The notes under the pieces are model-generated. The model was not told the DNA's origin. It worked only from the letters and a program-made list of their open reading frames with translations, and did no database searches. The position numbers were made by a program, and so were the translations under genes. From positions 454,762 through 518,761 of the forward strand of contig RDEW01000012.1 in assembly GCA_011109175.1 (NCBI GenBank): a DNA stretch of 64,000 nucleotides, in the 5' to 3' direction. The DNA comes from Dicyema japonicum (taxonomy: Eukaryota; Animalia; Dicyemida). Within the stretch, counting starts at the first letter, position 1; each line of letters starts with the position of its first letter. Of the stretch, positions 50,331-62,890 are shown in pieces.

Positions 50331-51506
50331 AAAACTCATTGAAGTGTGATGAAAGTTTCCTGGATCAGGACTCGGCACCTTAATACGTGTTGAGAGTGCT
50401 TACAAATTGTTAGCTGTTATCAAAAGCAGATCAAAGTAGAAAGACTTTTGTAGTAAAGCAATCACTGCATAATAGTTAATATTGTCTCCTGTTCGTTCCA
50501 TTCTCACACAACTATCTACTTGGCCGGAGGATCCCTTCTGCTTTTTGACTAATTCAAATCCCTTTCAGATTACGGAGACTGGACCCCAAAGACATCGACC
50601 CGGACTGCAAAATGCAACCCCGTAAATTGAGTCAACTACCAAGTACGAAAATACGCGGATATGAAGGAAGAACATTGATCAAGATGAATAGAACACGTGG
50701 CTGAGATATGAAACTTGCTTATTACTTGCCACCTGCTCCTGTTGTCCCTAAGGTGTCTCTCCTATATACCTTAAACACCTACACCCTAAGGCAAAGATCG
50801 TGGTAACAAAGTTATATAATTTTATCTCAATTGACATAATTCAAAACATCTGGAAAAATACACAGATTACGACAATTTAAAAACGTTAGGGTTCGGAAGA
50901 TAACCGTAAGATTCTTGATCACACAATGTTTTTGCTTGCCCATAAGACAATATTTCCAAATTTCTTAAATTTTTCTTTTTGATTGTGCTTTTTTACATTC
51001 CGAATGAGTAAATTGCAATAATTTATTGAAAGAATTCTCGGAGTTCCAGATCTTAGTGATGTTTTTTAACCCCACTTAATTGAAATTATTCAATTTTTAA
51101 TAACCAAGACTATTCAGATATATACTACTCCATTTGTAATCAGTGAGATACTTCCTCTTTTGTGGATATATATGCTTCCTTCTTATCAATTCTGTCCTTC
51201 CTCTATTTTTTTATTGATACTTCCTCTCCTAATTAATTCACATAGAATCAAGAAAAATGGCTGGAAGCTTTTTTTTATGTTTTTCCAAAAACATAAATTT
51301 AGTTAACTAACCCCGGTTTCACTAACTTGTAGAGTTCCAGTAGGAATAATAATAATCAAAAATATATAAAACTGATTTTAAAATAAAAAAAATAAATTAA
51401 ATTTATTATTATTTAAATTTAATATATTATTATTATTATTTAACTTTTTCGTAATAAAATTTAATTATTTGAATAATTGTGTGTTGTTACCTTCTTTCTT
51501 TGTTAA

Positions 51507-52200
51507 ATGGACATTTCAGAAAACTTAAATTCTCGACCCCAGAACCCCATTGAAGTGCAGTCGGGTGGCTACATGTGGGATTTCTTCACTCCGGCTATAT
51601 CTTCTTCTAATTTTGAAAAATACAAATGCTTTATATGGTGAGTTTTTTTATTAACGCTTTACATTTTAATCATATTTACTAATGTTTAGTTATTTAGTTC
51701 ACCGCGATCCTGTTAAATGCCAGAACAACCACGTGTGCTGCAAAAGCTGCATCTACAATTGGATGATCTCGAATAACTCCCAATGCCTGAACTGTCCCTT
51801 CTGCATGGTGAACGGATACTTTGAGCCTGACCCGAATATCGAGGCGGAACTGAACAGCTTATATGTTAGCTGTCTCGAGTATCTTTGTGGCTGGACTGGG
51901 ATGCTGTCCCACTATTATGAGCACGTGCATGATGGAGATGTCGTCAAAAAACTTTACGTTCCGGATTTGAAGGAGACTTATGATCGGCAGATAATCAAGT
52001 TGTCGAGAAACGAAAATTTGGAACCCGAGGACCCTATTATGACTATGATAAGAACGATTCGCGGGTCGATTGTGGTGAGAAGACGTCAGATTGACATAAT
52101 ACGGGCGGCCAGAGAGGGTTGTGAAGTTCCTCCGAATATGGTCATTTCCAATAACAAAAATCAATTGCTGGTTATCAGACGGTTTACACACTTTAATTAG
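51507..52200 (+). CDS. RING-HC (C3HC4) protein, 213 aa, paralog 2
   Basis: join(51507-51637, 51690-52200) with a 52-nt intron at the same codon as paralog 1: MDISEN..GGYMWDFF..CFICYLVHRDPVKCQNNHVCCKSCIYNWMISNNSQCLNCPFC, ending in TAG. Confidence 0.85.
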
Positions 52201-52639
52201 ATTTACTATTTTGTGAAATATTTATTATAATTTTTTGTAATTTTAAAATCAATATGGATTAACTCCATCAGGGGTCTGATTGTGGTTAATTAGTCGGAAG
52301 GTATGACGTAGTGTCGTTATCTTTTCAATATGACTTATAGTCACCATTCATAAGGGACTCCGAAACCTTTGAATTAAGGCATCAGAAATTTTGTCTCATC
52401 AAATTAAAGGATTTTTAATGCAAGTGGATTGGAAAATTGTTTGAGATAATTCCATGTACCTCCAGTATGCTCGTGCAACTTGCAGGGTTCATGTTAGAAT
52501 AAGCAGCGTACCCGTTCTCTCCACTAGTCCTCGAAGTGGGTTTTCACGATTTCAAAAATTGCACGTTTTCTTACTTTTTCCTCTTATTCTGGATAAAAAT
52601 TTGTGATATTAGAAGGTCTTCGCCTCTGGGATAGTGAGA

Positions 52640-52828
52640 ACTGGATACATTTAGTGGTAACTTGTTGCAATTAACAAGTCGTCTGCGTAGGATAATGACA
52701 AAATATTTTTGTCCCCGTAATTTGGTAGGTCGTGGAGGAAAAGATCGAAAAAGGCTCGGAAGAAAGCGGAGAACTTGGGGTACTTTGTTAGGCAGTGATT
52801 GTGATCTTGATCTAAGATGACCGCAGGC
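52640..52828 (-). mobile_element. LINE RT fragment, partly duplicated at 54289-54409
   Basis: FDLFLHDLPN..LSYADDLL. Confidence 0.7.
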
Positions 52829-54288
52829 GATCTTTTAATTTTTAAAAATTTTTTCAATACTTGACTTTTTTTCCGCTTGACTTTTTTTCCATTTTTGAAA
52901 ATTTTTCCCTTATAAATTTTCGAAATTTAGCGCAAAATGGAAAAAAAGTCAAGTCCGTAATTTCGTTAACGGACTTGACTTTTTTTCCGTTTATAAATTA
53001 AGATTTTTATTCATGATCGTTTCATTTTAAAGTAAGCGAGTTTAGAATAACAAATTATTTAAATAGTTAATTTTGGCTAATGTTAATGCTTTAGTTTGTA
53101 ATTGCATTAAAATGTCCCGCCACAACTAAAACTACACGTGGTGGAAATAAATTCTAAAAATAAAACAGATTTTTTCTACTTTTAAAATTTTTTAAAATGT
53201 AATAAACATATGATTTTTATTTAACGTGAATCAAGGGATTATTTAATGTGAATCAAAAGAATATTTAATATTCCATGCAATTGCTTTTAGGGCTTCTACT
53301 GTTTTAGATTTGTAAGGGATTTTCTTGACTCGTTTTAGCAATAAGTTTTGTTTCGTTGCACAATTTCATCAGTTTTATTTGACTTTCGTCAAATTCGTGA
53401 TTGTGAGAAATTCCTTCTTTGGAAAATTCAAAATTATGATCTGTTCTTAGGCTTCCTCTGCATCTTTGTGAAGATTTTTTCACACATTTAAAAATTATAT
53501 AGTTTTTTGTCACCGAGTGCTTTGTATACATAAAACCCTTAAAACAAATTTTCTTTCCTCCTTTGTTAGTTAATATTATCTCCATTTTGTCTCTTATTTT
53601 TGGGCAAGCATAATATTTAAAATATGCCTAATTATAACCTTAAAATCCGTATATTGATTAAGTCAAAAAGATTAAACCAAAGCGAAAAAAGTCAAGGTCA
53701 AAAAGATTAAACCAAAGCGAAAAAAGTTAAGTCAATTTTATTATATTAGGAATCCTTGGCCCCCAAGCAGATGAGTTGGTTCGTAAGATCGGCTCCATGA
53801 TTCAAGCTGTGACCAAGGATCCGCGAGAGACTAGTTGGTTCCGAGAACGTATCTCGTTGGCTATTGTTAGGGGAAATAGCATGGCCATTCAGATGCATTA
53901 ATTTAATTTTTATTCATTTGATAATAAAAAAAAATTTTATTATTACCTTGAAATTCTTAAATTGATTTAGTCAAAGCGATTATACCAAAGCGGAAAAAAA
54001 GTCAAGTCCGTGATTTCGTTAGCGGACTTGACTTTTTTTCCATTTTGCGCTAAATTTCGAAAATTTATAAGGGAAAAATTTTCAAAAATAGAAAAAAAGT
54101 CAAGCGGAAAAAAAGTCAAGTATTGAAAAAATTTTTAAAAATTAAAAGATGCTAGTAGTATCACAAAAATGCGATATAAACTAAAAAAGACGACTTGACT
54201 TTTTTTCCGCTTGACTTTTTTTCCCCTTACGGACTTGACTTTTTTTCCGCTTGACCTTTTTTCCGCTTGAACTTTTTTTCCGCACTCC
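52829..54288 (-). mobile_element. MULE-like DNA transposon deletion derivative retaining an N-terminal FLYWCH ORF (53304-53585)
   Basis: TNKGGKKICFKGFMYTK..FKCVKK..RCRGSL..HNH is a FLYWCH zinc-finger pattern. Long AAAAAAGTCAAG-repeat TIRs. Shares interior sequence with 17353-18295. The left terminal ~65 bp are missing. Confidence 0.85.
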
Positions 54289-54457
54289 CGTAATTTGGTA
54301 GGTCGTGGAGGAAAAGATTAAAAAGGAAAAGATTAAAAAAGATTAAGCGGAGAACTTGGGGTACTCTGTTAGGCAGTAATTGTGATCTTGATCTAAGATG
54401 ACCGCAGGCAACTCTCTCACGTCGGCTAGCCACATAGCACCAAATGACGCCACTAAG

Positions 54458-54774
54458 AAAATAATAATAATAGCCTTTTTCACGCAGCCGTGGTATTAGC
54501 TCCGCATAGGCAGGACACATTTTATTTAAGTAAAGAACAGTTAATTTTAACTAATCGTAAAACTAAGGAATGATCTTGACTTCTATTTTCTTGTGTGTGG
54601 ATCCTTTCTAGACAATCCAGTTTCGCAGTGAGAGTCCACTGATGACGGCGTCACTCGTCAAGCCTTTTTAGCATCGTAGATGCGTGGAACCTTCCACCAG
54701 GTGAACAGCAGCGAGATTCAAACCCGTAACCTAAGTCACTTTAGCCCGACACCTAATCACTATGCCACCCGGCT
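54458..54774 (-). mobile_element. SINE family A, full-length copy
   Basis: AGCCGGGTGGCATAGTG head, GGTTTGAATC B box, core and (ATT)n tail. Confidence 0.9.
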
Positions 54775-54893
54775 CCACTAGCCACTAGGGTAATAATTAA
54801 ATAGGAAAGATTAGTGCCTAAGAAGTATGTAAGTTATTTTAAAATCTGTTTTTGTTTGAATAAAAAAATTGAATTTATAATAAATTATTTTAT

Positions 54894-56454
54894 ATGCGCA
54901 CGCGATATCTTGTTGATTTAAAGTAATTAATCAATTAGAGAGCCATAGAGGTCCTCAATGGCCTTCAAAACACAACTTCCCCCGCATCCTCACGAATTGG
55001 TAGTAAAATACCGCGCTCACTCCAACTTTTGAGTTTTGCAGGAATTGAAGTGTCTTTAAATGCAATAAATCTTAGAAACGACAAATAAATTCCCTTAAAT
55101 ACGTCCACGTAGCTGGAACAAAGGGGAAGGGCAGTACGTGCGCTTATATTGAGTCAATTCTGAGAAAATGTGGGATGAAGACTGGATTCTGCAGGTTATT
55201 TTTGACAGCCATTTCAGTTCACCTCATCTAGTAGAGGTTAGGGAGAGGATCAGAATAAATGGGGACCCTCTCCCACACGAAGTGTTTGCAGACTACTTCA
55301 TGGAGTTCTACGAAAAGGTCCAGTCTCTATTCGAGGAGATCTTGGCTACGCTCAAGTCTTAACGATGCTGGCATTTTACGTCTTCATCATGGAATCTGTG
55401 GATGTCGCTGTTTTGGAGGTCGGAATTGGCGGAGATATGACTTTACTAACATAATTGAGTATCCCCCTTAAATATGTGGCTTTCCTAAGGTTAGTGGAAT
55501 AACTCTCCTCGACTTTGATCACTGCAATGTGCTCGGGGATAATATCAGGGACATTGCCTTCCAAAGGGTGGCATTATTAAAGTATTACGGTACTTATTTC
55601 TAAGTCACGGACACCGGTTTTTACGGTTCCGCAATTTTACCAGGAAACAACTCACGTCCTTCGGAGGTGTTGTGAGGAGGTGGGGAGTCGGTTAAGAGTG
55701 GTCCCTGTTATGGAGGAGATTCGAAGTGGGATTGACCTCGGATTCGGGGACCATATTCTAAAAATAAACGCCTCCTTGGCGGTGAAGATGTGTGAGTCCT
55801 TTCTGGGAGAAGATTTTGGGGATTCGAGGCTCCCAAGTGAGTTCTATGAGGGATTGACCACGTGTGTGTGGCCTGGGCGCTATCAAGTCTTTGAAAGGGG
55901 TCCAACGACTTTTTACGTGGACGGAGCTCACACACCCCTTAGCATTCAGGTAGAGACTGCCTGTTATTGTAGGCTTTGGTGGATTCCTACAGAAGAGTAT
56001 TCGTGAAGCCCGCCAATTTGACGTTTGTCGAGGTTTTTGATCTTTAGTAAGGTTTTGGTCCTTTGGGTATCAGGAAGTAGAGATCCCGACCTTATGTTAT
56101 CTCCGTTGGTGGTATTTATTGAGGTCCCTTATGTAGGCTTGTGATTTCGACCACGTTATATGTACTTCTCCGTTTTCTGGCTATGATGGTTTTATAGGTT
56201 GTTTGATTAAATGATTGGGAGATGTTCTCAATTTGAAGGCGGACTTGACTGGCGTTGGTAGGAAGACCGAGTCTATTAAAGAGTCCTGGAATAAGCTGAG
56301 AGGAGGGTCAGGACATAGTCTGGTGACCTCGATCCCTTCTTTTGCTGAGGCGATGGAGTTTATGGAGTCGATAGTTTCCCGATGTGACTCACACGTGGTC
56401 GTGACTGGGAGTTTGTACCTTGTTGGGGCTTTCACAAGATATTTGAACTCATGA
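54894..56454 (+). CDS. FPGS: Folylpolyglutamate synthase, with apparent single-base deletions
   Basis: [72 protein letters not shown] and [11 protein letters not shown] occur in order. Introns 54923-54940 (or 54912-54938), 55050-55075, 55195-55217, 55459-55479 (ends GG), 55582-55604, 55950-55972, 56023-56047, 56112-56136 and 56198-56221. Three -1 frame breaks. Confidence 0.9.
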
Positions 56455-56699
56455 AATCAGCTTTTTCTAATAAAGTTTTTTTATTATTTGTGTGAGTTGA
56501 TGGCACGTGGTTAGGTTTTGTCGTGGGTGGTTATTTCCTTGGGATGTTTTTCGGATAAATCTTCACGTTTGGACGCACCGGTTGTCACGTGTTTGAGAAA
56601 TTCGTATTTACAACACTACATTAAGTAAATTGGATTCCTGTCTCGTATCCTTGGCGATTGCAAAATTACCTCTTTATTTGGCACGCCTGATTGATTTAT

Positions 56700-57450
56700 G
56701 AAACCGTCTTCTCTCTGAAGTTACCATCCAAATACAATATATATAATTCAAAGTATAGTTGATGATGTCATATTTCAGATAGTGTTTAACAAATAACCTT
56801 GTTCTATTAGTCTCCAGTTTGATGAATCGACTGTATCATCAATTTGTCAACTGGTCGCTTACCTCTGTTTTTTTGAGATTGTAACTTTTACGATTTATTC
56901 CACCTCTTGAGTCCGACCTCTTATACTCTTAGACTATTTGGATTGAACCTGATTCTCTGTCGTGATTTGAACAGAATATATTTTCATTGGCTGCTATCCC
57001 AACTGGCTGAGTGCCTTGGAGAGTATATCCTGTAGTCCCTAGGCTGAATAATTATTCTTACCAATCAGGATGCTCAAATTATGATCCTAATCAGAAGAAA
57101 AGACAGTCTAACTTACATATATGTCGTTGTGTGTCCCTAAGTGGCCGGTATCTCCCATGGAGTCCCCATATTGTTTCTAAAGCTATCAAAACCCGACTAC
57201 GTTGGTACTCAGAAGACATCAATGTGTTACTCTTTTTTCTTCCACCAAAACTTTTTGAATGGAGATTGTCTTGCTTTTAGTGTTCAGTTATCTGATTTTG
57301 TAGCGCAATGTTTTTCCGTCTAAAAGACTTCCAATTCGAAGCTACCCTCGACGTCTTGATCCTCACCAGAAAGAGAAATTCACAGAAAAGAACCCAGATT
57401 GAAGACAGAGACTGTCTGCCTATCTACGATCATCTACGATCAATAAAGGA
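56700..57450 (+). mobile_element. Charlie-type hAT transposase relic
   Basis: ISLQFDESTVSSICQLVAY and further degenerate motifs. Confidence 0.5.
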
Positions 57451-57749
57451 CCACCAGTCAAATATATTTTAAACAGCGACTAAATAATTTCTAATGATTT
57501 ATTTCAGGTTGGGGACTTCAAGTTAGAAAATCGAAAAAATAAAATTTATCCAAAGCTTTATTCGCAGGAAATTTCGTAACATAACATCAGACGTTCAAAC
57601 TTAATAGAAACTCCGTTAATCAAGCAATCTTCAAACATTTTTTTTGAAAGTTACCCCAATATTTCAAATTCTGAAGCTATCAGAGGAATCAATCCAACCC
57701 CCAAAATTATATTTCTATTGAAGATATCGACCTCATTTCATAAATTATT

Positions 57750-58050
57750 ATTGTTTAGAACCCCGGGATCACCGAGAAAGAAAGACAGTTAGGTAATCCC
57801 AGTTCCCGTAATCAAACGAGCAATCCAAGTCTGTGGTCTCCTATTGTTTCCACTACCGTGTGAAAAGCCTTCTCTCATCCCTGCAGAGGAATCCGATTGG
57901 GGAGGGAAACTTCCTAACCAATCGACTTTTTTTTCTCGGAAAAGGACAGGCTAAGCGAGTTTCCGTCCTCCTTACAGACCTGAAAGAATCCGGTTCCGCA
58001 ACTACGGGTCGCAGCTTTCGTAAGGGGATTAACCGTTGATCCAGAATGAT
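57750..58050 (-). mobile_element. Jockey/I-like LINE 3' end, same family as 14790-15607
   Basis: The reverse strand aligns by eye with 15320-15600 and ends TTTCTCGGTGATCCCGGGGTTCTAAACAATAAT. Confidence 0.8.
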
Positions 58051-59059
58051 GGCCCATCATAAATATAGTCTTCCGGTATATTGAATTATTCTGTAAAGCC
58101 TAGTTTCTGGAATTTCATAAATTGAACGAAGAAATCACTTTCAGTTGAATAAATCAAGTGGACAATCAGAATATTGCTGACAAATACAACAGAATTTTAG
58201 TGATGTCTCAGTCAAGAATAATACAACATTCTCACGAGGCATAAATATATATTTGAATGTTAATGAACAGTCGGCTCCACTACTCTTAAATCAGTCCACC
58301 CCCACTCCATTTGCTAAGAAAAACTCTAAAAAGTACAAAGCAATCAGAATTCCCGCTTTTTCAAACTCAATTTCACTGGACTTCAATCATTTCTTACAAA
58401 TCAAAGAGAGATCTCAGTCCAAAGAAAATGTCCCTTCTTTCTGTTGGCAGACATTGTAGCATCTGTTTTGGATCTGTTAAATAAAAACCTACTAAACGAG
58501 ACATTGAAGACCTATTCCTAGACCTTAAAGCAGTCAGCAAATTTGATTGGAACTACAACCGAATTGGTAACCTCAAAGTTCTCATAAAAATCCGACAAAA
58601 GATGAAGTCATATTATAATTCGATCACCAAAAAAGCTCTCTACAAGGAAGGACAGTGCTCATAGAGATACTTTCTGATGAAGACAAATTTCAATTGGATC
58701 ACTCAGTTTGTTGAAATTGATTACTTTGAAGCTAAACTGATGTGTTTGTTCTTTATTGTCTACTATGATGATTCCGACACTAAGGTATTGCAGTAAAGTC
58801 TGAAACGATGAGGAACGTCCTTGGATCCCTAATCAATTTTGAGAAACTCCCGGAACCTATAAAAGCAGTGGTTATCACCGAATTAGATAGTCCCGACTGT
58901 AAAAAACCAAAGGATCATTTGACTAGTGAATTTTTTGAGTTATCGAGAACTTTGGAGACTCTTTGTATTTGTCCTTATTAGATTGACGGTCGAAAATATT
59001 TCCACGAATTTTCAAGAAATACAATTTTTGACTAGAATTTTTATTATAAAAAAGAAAAC

Positions 59060-59370
59060 AAGTAAAGTCTTTTAGTTAAGAAGCCAGGATTGCGTAGGCG
59101 TTACCTCTGATCATCGCCATTTCTACCCTCTGCCTCAACCAAAGTTCGTTGCGGGGCTCGCATCTCTTTGAAGCAAGCTTTCGTCCAATACTGGAGAGAA
59201 ATGCTTCCAACTTGTCTCCCACGACCCCAGAAGTCTCAATCGCAATATTGAAATGTTATTTATCGCTGAGTGATCCGTACTTTCAAATTGTCCCAACCTC
59301 TGTCTTGTCTAACGCGTCTCCTGGCCGTGGGAATATGGAAACAAAAACATTTAATCTGTAAAAGATAAAG
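59060..59370 (-). mobile_element. CRE-type LINE RLE C-terminus
   Basis: IAIETSGVVG..IGRKL..EPRNELWLRQRVEMAMIRGNAYAIL*. Confidence 0.7.
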
Positions 59371-59849
59371 TCGTTTCATTAAAATGTCAATTTAACGACC
59401 AAAGAGTAATACACTAATCCCGTACAATGACAAAGATTCTATCACATCGTCGGATATTACTATTTGTTCACCATGGTGCACCTCTTATTTGCTGGTCGGC
59501 GGACTTGACTGGCTCTTTAATAGACTCGGTAACTTACGAACCACAACCCCAGTTTGATTATGATAAACCGTTCTCCATCAACTCTGACAAAACATATGTT
59601 ATGACGATTAATGACGACAGGATTTGATAAATACGTTGATTCTTCCTTATTAACTTCCACCCTTATAATTTCAACTCCCTAGATGGGCCAGTCTATCACA
59701 TTAATAAAGTGATTCTCGAGAGGAGAAATTTATTTGTCAGAAAAAGAATCCTACAACTCTCGAAGAGGAAATACGATGCTAAAACAATCAAACTAAGGAA
59801 TTACCGTAAACGTAAAACGCATCTAACAAGAGACTCAATTACCAGGATC

Positions 59850-60450
59850 CGAGGACTCAACGTGGAGATCTCCTAAAATGCAAAACGTTTACAAAGAAGG
59901 AAACTGCCCCGCATATCCACTGCCGTGAACATAAATGGATCATTTTCAAAGATGTGGAAGATGTTGAGGAGCATTAAAAACGCTGACAGTAAGAATGAGG
60001 GAGACCTTGACTACCAGATAAATCTAAACAAATTCATGAAAGATGTAGCATCGGAGATTTCTCGAAACTATATGTTATTCATCTAATCCTGAAGCCTGGG
60101 AAACCAAAGGAGGATCCTGGCTCCTACAGACCCGTGTCGCTTGTGTCCAGACAAGAATCCTAGAAAGGCTGGTTATGGCACTCATTGACCCTTTCCTCCC
60201 AGACACAAGTTTTTAGCATAGGGCGAGCGACTATCTCACACCGAAAATTTTTTAAAGATTCTAGAAAAATTAGTCATTGATACAATGAACAACATTAGTC
60301 AGTGATGCAATATCTGGTTCTGATGGCCCCTACGGGGTAGAAGATCCTGAAATAGCTCTTCCTCGTCTTGGTCTTTAGGATACTGAAAATCCGACCTCAC
60401 AATGAGTTTTAAGAAGTTCTTTATCCTATGTTAATGATTAGAAAGTGACA
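59850..60450 (+). mobile_element. Jockey/I-like RT relic
   Basis: KPGKPKEDPGSYRPVSLV. Confidence 0.55.
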
Positions 60451-60552
60451 CTAATGGTCAGGGAAACGCCTAGGTAATCGTTCCCCATTATCTCCTTTCT
60501 TATTCAATCTTATGACGAATGACCTACCAAATCCACAAGATGACAACGACTG

Positions 60553-60753
60553 TTAGTGTATGGAAGACAGCCCTGCCATGTTTACCCGGAAAGTCAGAAG
60601 AACCGAGCTTGATAAATCCTTAAATGCGTCCATGTTTGACCCTTTAATTAAACCCCGTGTAGTGTTACTAACGTTTATATTATCAATGAGGATCTGCTTT
60701 AATCTCTTTGCTACTGACTTTCCTCCTTTTCCACCTTTACCCCGTCCAGATAT
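60553..60753 (-). pseudogene. H4: Histone H4 relic
   Basis: ATA (in place of ATG) followed by SGRGKGGKGGKSVAKRLKQILIDNI, then TRGLIK matching EETRGVLK of H4. The intervening helix 1 segment is deleted and the remainder is decayed. Confidence 0.7.
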
Positions 60754-60972
60754 GATTGACACTTTATTAGGCAACAAAATAGTATGGGAAGTTAATTTTT
60801 CCTTTTCACCGCCTTGTGACAGAGTTTTCGGAACGCCTTTTTTTTTTTCCCTTGCCATGTCCTACATTCATTTGCGGGGAATCTCTTCTGGAACCTTGAA
60901 ATCTGTTTATCCTTTCCGGCAATGGCGCTCTATAAGACATCCCCAAAGAATACCGTATTGTGCGGTGCCGGA

Positions 60973-61806
60973 CCTCGCGGCACACTAATTCTCGCGGCAC
61001 ACTAATCGTAAAAAAAATCCACGACACACATTAAAAAATAAAAAATTAAATTTTTAAGATGTGTAAAACTAAGTACAAAAATTGGTAATTTAATGCCCAA
61101 ATTTTTATTAATAAAAAAATGAAATATTAATTATTATTGTTTATGCATATATCATCAATATCAGGTCGAATGTGCCATTCCCGAAATATCCGTGGATTCA
61201 TCAAGTTGTAATGAATACCGAGTTTCTTTAATAGATAATGAGACATTATTTTCAATATTCTCCGACAAAGGACAAATCCGACGAGAAACAGTGTCATCTG
61301 ACAAAGGTATCTTCATTATTTTTGTTCATGTTTATGACCAAACATAGTCTGAGCAATAATACGACAAGCAGGGATTATCAAGTTTTCGCCAATATTGTGA
61401 GGTTTTAGTTGTTTTGCTATCAATTCTGAGATCAGGTATGAACATTTCAATGATTTCTTTGTGTTTACAAAAGTTTCACTGAACATCATTTGACTAGATC
61501 TACGATTCATAGTAAAAACTAAATAATACTTGTGTTGTTTTTTTCAAATGGATAAAATACATTGAAGTAAAAATGTCTCTTTAGTTTGCTAAGAACTATA
61601 GCATCATTTGCCAAGACTTCCATGCAAATTAGGCATTGAGGTAGTTTATTTTTATCTTTGCATATAAATCCAAATGACAAATAAGAATTTTTATAAGAAC
61701 GACGAACTGATTCACCCATAAGCACGTTGATGCGCACGTTATTAAAAAATTAATAAATAATGGTTAACCAATGTAAATGTGGCGGCACACCGTTTGACAA
61801 CCTCTG
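60973..61806 (-). mobile_element. Charlie/Buster hAT 5' part
   Basis: RRSYKNSYLSFGF..PQCLICMEVLAND..KLKRH and KPHNIGENLIIPA. TIR-like GTTTGACAACCTCTG end at 61806 followed by CTCTAGG. GCGGCACAC subterminal repeats. Confidence 0.8.
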
Positions 61807-61929
61807 CTCTAGGTACTACATTATTAGACTCCTTAGGGGAGTCAAAGACTTTTCAAGTCTGAGTCCTCTGCCTTCATACCAACGTATGATTTCATCAACA
61901 GCGCCTTGCTTCCTCCGATATGCCACATC

Positions 61930-62300
61930 TTGTCTCCACTAGTAATCCCAGAGTACTATGTCATCAACATAGACAACCATCTCTATCCTCACATTGGCTG
62001 GGTGTGGAAGCGTCAACAAATATACGTTGAAAAAGGTTGGGCTCATTACTGACCCCCGGTTAAATCTAAACAAACTAGATCGACAACCTTTATTCCTCAC
62101 GTAGTTCATCCGGTCCTCTAAGAAGCTGGAAATCCAACTTCTCAGCTCCAAGGGAATTCCTGCCTCGACCAGGGCGCATCGGAGGCCGTCGTGCCAGACC
62201 GAGTCGAACGCCCTTACATCAAGAAACAGTGCTACTGTGCACTTGTTTATTTTTCTCTGGTCGCGGATATGAGAGGTCAACCTCTAAAGGCAATCACCAG
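61930..62300 (-). mobile_element. LINE RT fragment similar to 18618-19460
   Basis: FLDV.RAFDSVWHDGL, SVMSPTFFNVY and YVDDIVLW. Confidence 0.75.
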
Positions 62301-62719
62301 AGGATCGCCCCTCAGGAATCCCATCTGAAGGTCTGAGAGGGTGGCTTTTATTATGCATTCCTAGGGTACCTCTTTTGTATCACTCTCTCTAAGATTTTAG
62401 CGACGGCAGGCAACCGACTAATAGAGCGATAGCTACTAGGATCTTCCGGAGGTTTTCCTGGTTTCCTTACAAAACCAGTTCCACCTTCTTCTAACGCCTA
62501 GGAACGTGTCCCAACCTGAAGCTACCGTTATAAAGCCTTACTAATCCTTTCAGTAGACTTACCGGGGTATGCTTGAAGTTAAGACCAGGAAAAGATGCGA
62601 AGACAGCTGAGGGAGCCCAGGATCACCTGAATTTTCTCATTCAGAATATGAAGGTGGTTTTTTTAACCCAAGACCACGGTAAAACCAAACTAATTATCAC
62701 GTGATCCCGATGCATTCTA

Positions 62720-62890
62720 ACAGAGACCTCACCTTTGCCCGGTGTTCTTCCTTGGTGCCTGCGCATTAAAGTACTGGACGGCTGCCTGAATTTTCAGGGC
62801 CACCTTCTTGTGATCTGGAGTCTAGTCTCATAAGGGCCTCCAGAGGCGTAGGTCCGGTTCGGTGATCTTCACAAATCCAACGCTAATAAA
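62720..62890 (+). mobile_element. Solo 3' end of the RLE-type LINE at 39150-39785
   Basis: About 165 nt nearly identical to 39620-39785 (CTTTGCCCGGTGTTCTTCC..GTGATCTTCACAAATC). Confidence 0.75.

Noticed and set aside
53950-54288. CRISPR-like short direct repeats
   Set aside because: These are subterminal repeats of a eukaryotic transposon TIR, with no unique spacers and no cas genes.
58480-59040. Stop-codon reassignment as an explanation for stop-riddled frames
   Set aside because: Conserved genes here end in TAG, TGA and TAA and have no internal stops after splicing, so the code is standard and these tracts are decayed.
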